NCBI RefSeq assembly: GCF_036323395.1
Contig: NZ_AP028907.1
Coordinates: 1,440,001 to 1,472,000, forward strand
Reading direction: 5' to 3'
Source: Pyrodictium abyssi
GTDB taxonomy: Archaea > Thermoproteota > Thermoprotei_A > Sulfolobales > Pyrodictiaceae
Length of the DNA: 32,000 bases
Numbering within the stretch: the stretch's first letter is position 1; every line of letters begins with the position of its first letter. The notes under the pieces are model-generated. The model ran no database searches. It worked only from the letters and a program-made list of their open reading frames with translations, and had not been told where the DNA came from. Shown one piece after another: positions 27,607 through 32,000 of this stretch. The position numbers and the translations under genes are program-made.

Positions 27607-30102
27607 GTGATACGCGGGGGCTGCAGTATGGGTGCTGCGCCTTCGTCGGTGCAGAGCTTTAGGCCTAGGATAGAGGAGAAGCGCTGGAGCAAAGAGATTG
27701 AGAAAGAACTCCTAGAGAAGTGGGCCGAAGAGAAGCTATACGAGTTCAACCTGGAGCGCGAGGGCCCAGTTCTAGTGATAGACACTCCACCACCATACCC
27801 CAGTGGCAAGTGGCACGTCGGCGGTGCTGCCCACTACGCGCAGATCGACATGATAGCACGCTATTTCCGCATGAAGGGCTGGAACGTGTTTGTGCCATGG
27901 TACGCGGACCGTAACGGCCTCCCGGTAGAGGTCGCTGTAGAGAAGAAGTACAAGATAGTGGCCCACGAGATGGCAAAGACTAAGGAGGGGCGCCTAAAGT
28001 TCCTAGAAATGTGCAGCCGAGAGCTTGACAAGATAGAGGAGGAACTGGTAAGGATATGGTCAAGGCTTGGCTGCAGCTTCACGTACCTCAGGAACGGCAC
28101 CGATAGCCCCGAGTACCGCCGTATAACACAGGCTACTTTCATCGAGCTCTGGAAGCGGGGCCTCATATACGAAGATGAAAGGCCTGTGAACTGGTGCCCC
28201 CGATGCCGTACTACTCTAAGCGAGGCCGAGATAGAGCACCGCGAGGAGGACGCGTACCTCTACTACGTGAAGTGGAAGGTTAAGGAGACTGGAGAAGAGA
28301 TAGTGATTGCTACCACACGGCCAGAACTCATCGGCGCTGCACGCGCCGTGGTCTATAACCCGGAGGACGAGCGCTATAAGAAGCTAAAAGGTCTACATGC
28401 AATAGTACCCCTGTATGGCTATGAGGTCCCGATAATGGAGCATCCTGCCGCTAAGCCTGAGTTCGGAACAGGCCTCGTAATGGTAAGCAGCTATGGTGAC
28501 TGGACGGACGTACAGATGCTAAACGACCTCGGGCTAAAGCCGAGAATAATAGTCAACCACGATGGCACACTCAACGAGAAGGCTGGCTTCCTCCAAGGCC
28601 TCACAATAAGAGAAGCAAGACGCCGCATAGTCGAGGAGCTTGAGAAGAACGGGCTTATAGAGAAGAAGGAGCCCCTAAGACACAGCGTACCCATATGCTG
28701 GCGCTGTAAGACCCCCGTCGAGATAGTCCACGTCCGCGAATACTTCCTGAAACAGCTAGAGTTCAAGAACCAGCTACGCGAGATAGCACAGAAGGTGTAC
28801 TTCCGGCCAGAGAAGCATCGCCAGAAGCTCCTGGACTGGATCGATAGCTTGAAGATGGACTGGCCCATATCGCGTACAAGGTACTATGGCACAGAGATAC
28901 CTCTCTGGACATGCCGCCGTTGTGGCGCAAAGCATGTCCCTGAGCCCGGCCGCTACTACCGCCCATGGCTGGAAGAGCCGCCGTGGGACAAGTGCCCGAG
29001 CTGCGGCGCTCCACGCAGCGAGCTAGAGGGGGAGAAACGCGTATTCGATACATGGTTCGACTCGAGCATAAGCGTGCTATACGCGTCGGGGTACATGAGG
29101 GAGCCAAGACTATTCGAGAAAGTATTCCCGAAGGACGAGGAGCTACCCTACACGATGAGGCCCCAGGGCCTCGATATCATAAGGACATGGCTCTACTTCT
29201 CAATACTGCGTGTCTACCAGCTACTAGGCAAGCCAGCGTTCAGGTGGATACGCGTAACCGGGATGGGCCTAGACCCTACCGGCAGGACCATGCACAAGAG
29301 CCTGGGCAACGTAATAGACCCAGAGCCCTACATAGAGACGTATGGCGCTGAACCCTTCCGGTTCTGGGCAGCCGCCGCTGCTAGGCTAGGCGACGACTAC
29401 CGCTTCAGCGAGCAAGTGCTAAAGACCGGTAAGCTCTTCCTAACCAAGCTGTGGAACATCTCAAGGTTCGTATCGAGCTTCCCTAGGCCCACCGAGGGCT
29501 ACAAGCTAAGGCCGATAGACCTAGTGTTCCTAGGCGCGCTGAACGAGCTGATAAAGAGGGTAGACCACTACTACGGAGAAGAGCTCGACGTACACCAGCC
29601 TATAAACGAGCTCTACAACTTCACATGGAACGTGTTCGCCTCACACTACATAGAGATAGTGAAGACCCGGGCCTACAACAGAGAAGGAGAATTCAACGAA
29701 GAAGAACAGAAAGCAGCCTGGTACACACTCCACTCCATACTAGATGCCATACTGCGTATGCTAGCCCCCATACTGCCCTTCGTGACAGACGCACTATACC
29801 GTAGACTCTACGGCGAGTCAGTACATCGACAGCGGTTCCCAGAGCCCAACCCAGAGTGGGAGACAGACTACGCCAAGATGCTAGACCGTATACTAGCACT
29901 TAACAGCGCTGTATGGACATGGAAGCGCAGCAATGGCTACAAGCTGTCCGACAGGGTAGAGGGCTACAAGCTCTACGTAGACAAGACGTTCGAGCCATTC
30001 ATAAAGGATCTGTCATATATGCATAAGATAGACATCGTTGTCGACGAGCCCCCAGAAGGTGCAGAAGAGCTCACAGATGGCGTCTATGTGGCCAAGGCCT
30101 AG
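27607..30102 (+). CDS. valS: Valyl-tRNA synthetase (archaeal form)
   Basis: PPPYPSGKWHVGGAAHYAQIDMIARYF, NWCPRCRTTLSEAEIEH, DWPISRTRYYGTEIPLWTC, FDTWFDSSISVLYASGY, GRTMHKSLGNVIDPEPYIETYGAEPFRFWAA. Confidence 0.93.
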   Translation: MIRGGCSMGAAPSSVQSFRPRIEEKRWSKEIEKELLEKWAEEKLYEFNLEREGPVLVIDTPPPYPSGKWHVGGAAHYAQIDMIARYFRMKGWNVFVPWYADRNGLPVEVAVEKKYKIVAHEMAKTKEGRLKFLEMCSRELDKIEEELVRIWSRLGCSFTYLRNGTDSPEYRRITQATFIELWKRGLIYEDERPVNWCPRCRTTLSEAEIEHREEDAYLYYVKWKVKETGEEIVIATTRPELIGAARAVVYNPEDERYKKLKGLHAIVPLYGYEVPIMEHPAAKPEFGTGLVMVSSYGDWTDVQMLNDLGLKPRIIVNHDGTLNEKAGFLQGLTIREARRRIVEELEKNGLIEKKEPLRHSVPICWRCKTPVEIVHVREYFLKQLEFKNQLREIAQKVYFRPEKHRQKLLDWIDSLKMDWPISRTRYYGTEIPLWTCRRCGAKHVPEPGRYYRPWLEEPPWDKCPSCGAPRSELEGEKRVFDTWFDSSISVLYASGYMREPRLFEKVFPKDEELPYTMRPQGLDIIRTWLYFSILRVYQLLGKPAFRWIRVTGMGLDPTGRTMHKSLGNVIDPEPYIETYGAEPFRFWAAAAARLGDDYRFSEQVLKTGKLFLTKLWNISRFVSSFPRPTEGYKLRPIDLVFLGALNELIKRVDHYYGEELDVHQPINELYNFTWNVFASHYIEIVKTRAYNREGEFNEEEQKAAWYTLHSILDAILRMLAPILPFVTDALYRRLYGESVHRQRFPEPNPEWETDYAKMLDRILALNSAVWTWKRSNGYKLSDRVEGYKLYVDKTFEPFIKDLSYMHKIDIVVDEPPEGAEELTDGVYVAKA

Positions 30103-30241
30103 GAACGGTTTTTCACAGCCCGCCCCGAGCAAACACGCATCTCCACATCCCGACAGACGCTAAATACCATGAATGGACGCAGGCATAGCACATGGAGCCC
30201 CGGAGCCGCTATGACTACTTGGATAGCAACCGCCCTTACCG

Positions 30242-30292
30242 GGGATGACTGGAGCCGAGCAGCTGACAGGTGATGTATCGGATTTCGTCTGA
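30242..30292 (+). ncRNA. Candidate box C/D guide sRNA
   Basis: C-like GGGATGA 30242-30248; D' CTGA 30263-30266; C'-like GTGATGT 30270-30276; D CTGA 30289-30292. Spacers are 14, 3 and 12 nt. Confidence 0.45.
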
Positions 30293-30365
30293 CCCACAGC
30301 ATACCAGGCCAGACATGTTTAACAGAGCCCAACCCGGCCACACTTACTCCACTGGACCCGCGACG

Positions 30366-30411
30366 CCCGGGGAGAGGCCGCCCGACCGGCCCGGCGGACT
30401 GTGACCCCGGG
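30366..30411. repeat. GC-rich stem with internal loop, possible structured RNA or terminator-like element
   Basis: CCCGGGG 30366-30372 pairs with CCCCGGG 30405-30411; inner CCGCC 30378-30382 pairs with GGCGG 30393-30397. Confidence 0.5.
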
Positions 30412-30538
30412 TCTCCCGGCCTTCAACCCACCATTCTGTGCCCACCCTGATCCGCTTGTAGAGGCTGTTTCCTCGGCTAGAGGCTAGGTTATAGCACCCC
30501 CTTCCCTGATGCACGCTTACTTCATGGTGGCCGATTAG

Positions 30539-31147
30539 ATGGCGACAGACCGTAACAGGCTTAGAAACCTTGACAGAATGTTAACAGCACTAAAGTCTAC
30601 ACCGCGTACCGGGTGGATGCTACGCGGCGTACATGCTGCACTTGCTGAGAGCATTGCCGAGCATATGGCCGAGTCCGCCGTACTAGCCCTTCTAATAGCC
30701 GAGTTCCTGAGAAAGAAGGGAGTTAACGTCAACGTATTCAGGGCCGCTGCGATATCAGCGGTACATGACCTCTCAGAAGCAGTGATTGGCGACATAGTGA
30801 AGATGACAGCAGACGCTATAGGGAAGGAGCGTAAAGAGCATCTCGAGCTCACTGTAGCCCGAGACATGGTTGGAGAAGATAGCATAGTATACGACCTAAT
30901 ATACGAGTACATCGAGCAAAAGACCATAGAATCACAGGTAGCTAAGCTGGCTGAAACCCTTTCAACACTGCTCCAAAGCCTACGCTACATTAGTCAAGGC
31001 TACAGGGATGTAGCCGAGATCGCTTGTTCATCCGCACACAGCATAGATAGAATGCTACAAGATTCAAAAGACATAGCCGAGCTGAAGGAAATTCTAGACG
31101 AGTTTGTCAGAGCTGGCAAAGAGGCCTGCAAAGCTCTAACCTCATAA
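30539..31147 (+). CDS. HD-domain phosphohydrolase (5'-deoxynucleotidase-like)
   Basis: SIAEHMAESAVLALLIAEFL ... AAAISAVHDLSEAVIGDI with later conserved D residues. Confidence 0.82.
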   Translation: MATDRNRLRNLDRMLTALKSTPRTGWMLRGVHAALAESIAEHMAESAVLALLIAEFLRKKGVNVNVFRAAAISAVHDLSEAVIGDIVKMTADAIGKERKEHLELTVARDMVGEDSIVYDLIYEYIEQKTIESQVAKLAETLSTLLQSLRYISQGYRDVAEIACSSAHSIDRMLQDSKDIAELKEILDEFVRAGKEACKALTS

Positions 31148-32000
31148 GGTGTAGTCACACCTATTTAATATATCGAAATACTACTCTGCAGCTTATTTTA
31201 CAAGCAAGATAGCAGGCCATAGACTTAATAGATCTAGAAGTCTTTTAACAAGTAGTATCCTGTAGCATGCTCGGCTCTGACTCCTCCAAATTATAGACAA
31301 GAAGAATACTTGTTACATATACTGCTCATGAATGTCATGGAGTTGGAGATGGGTATCAGGCGATATCCATGCAGGCTATTGGACTGCGCCGTTCTCTCCT
31401 GAAGGGATGATATGGTAATGTTGAGACTGTATTATGATGTTTCTGGGTAAGGTAGAACGTTGTAGCTACTGGGCTTCCGGCGGCGTATTGGTTAACCTAT
31501 AAGTTAGTTGATATGCTTGCTGTACGTAGTCGCGACAGGCGATATTAGTGAGAAGCCGAGAGCGTAGCCGTATGTCGCGCCTGGCTGCAAGGGTAGGTGC
31601 GCTGGGCTGCTCAGCAGCCGGCTTCATACTAACTATAGCTAATTATATAGTGTAAAAGCTGCTCATTATGTGACTATACTTATATATTAGATAGTAGTAT
31701 GGATAATCATGTTGCTGATGTATGAAGATAGAGGGCGTAATAGAGAAAGCATATTCTGTATAATGATGAGAAGATGGTGATATGTTATATAGTCATTTAA
31801 CTATTGTTCTATAAAGCTATGTTGATATAGGACGTTAAAGTGTTGTGTTATATGTTTCTAATTTGGTAATAGTATTAAGTGTTAATTTGACGCCTTTGTG
31901 GGACCATTCTATCGCGTGTACGGGCGAGAGGGAGTGTACGTGTGCGCCAAGCTGTCTAGCTAGGAGAGATAGCGAGTAGAGTAGCAGCGGTACTACGCCC

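Noticed and set aside
27607-30102. Non-textbook HIGH/KMSKS elements in ValRS (WHVGG, MHKSL)
   Set aside because: From general recollection such variants occur in crenarchaeal ValRS, so not treated as novel without an alignment.
30099-30341. 80-aa minus-strand ORF downstream of valS
   Set aside because: Composition not protein-like and it overlaps the C/D sRNA candidate region; no motif.
31397-31455. C/D-like GGGATGA...TTGA...ATGATG...CTGG
   Set aside because: D box imperfect and only about 3 nt after the C'-like element; no guide space.
1-32000. CRISPR arrays, IS elements, integrase/transposase, toxin-antitoxin pairs, tRNA or rRNA genes
   Set aside because: Looked for regularly spaced repeats, terminal inverted repeats, DDE/tyrosine or serine recombinase motifs and tRNA T-arm/anticodon patterns by eye; none convincing. 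The partial RHH protein at 1-96 could be an antitoxin but its partner is outside the window.

Overview
This 32 kb window looks like chromosomal DNA of a hyperthermophilic crenarchaeon. The taxonomic evidence is a Cren7 chromatin protein, eL33, adenosylcobalamin-type RNR, archaeal mevalonate kinase and a crenarchaeal-style ValRS. It is mostly dense, short-spaced housekeeping genes. I see no CRISPR array, transposase, rRNA or convincing tRNA. Confident genes: thyX, class II RNR, a KaiC/RadA-like ATPase, a dCTP deaminase/dUTPase-fold protein, a MutS-like ATPase, a D-2-hydroxyacid dehydrogenase, glutamate dehydrogenase, a radical SAM protein, a DUF89 protein, inorganic pyrophosphatase, FolE, a SpoU/TrmH-like protein, a class III aminotransferase, eL33, a NUDIX hydrolase, mevalonate kinase, Cren7, ValRS and an HD-domain protein. 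Most interesting items: (1) a cysteine-free, TGT/DpdA-like protein; (2) a PTPS/QueD-like protein that has lost a zinc-ligand His and the catalytic Cys; (3) a small stand-alone cyclase/GTP cyclohydrolase III-like protein, which with FolE suggests a dispersed pterin/7-deazaguanine theme; (4) a nucleotidyltransferase whose protein-like N-terminal extension has no ATG/GTG/TTG start; (5) a nested-helix RNA candidate in the 15.2-15.6 kb spacer; (6) a box C/D sRNA candidate and a GC-rich structured element downstream of valS; (7) an AT-rich, ORF-free right end. No multi-gene defence or mobile system can be demonstrated from this sequence. All family assignments come from motif reading only; no database search was run.
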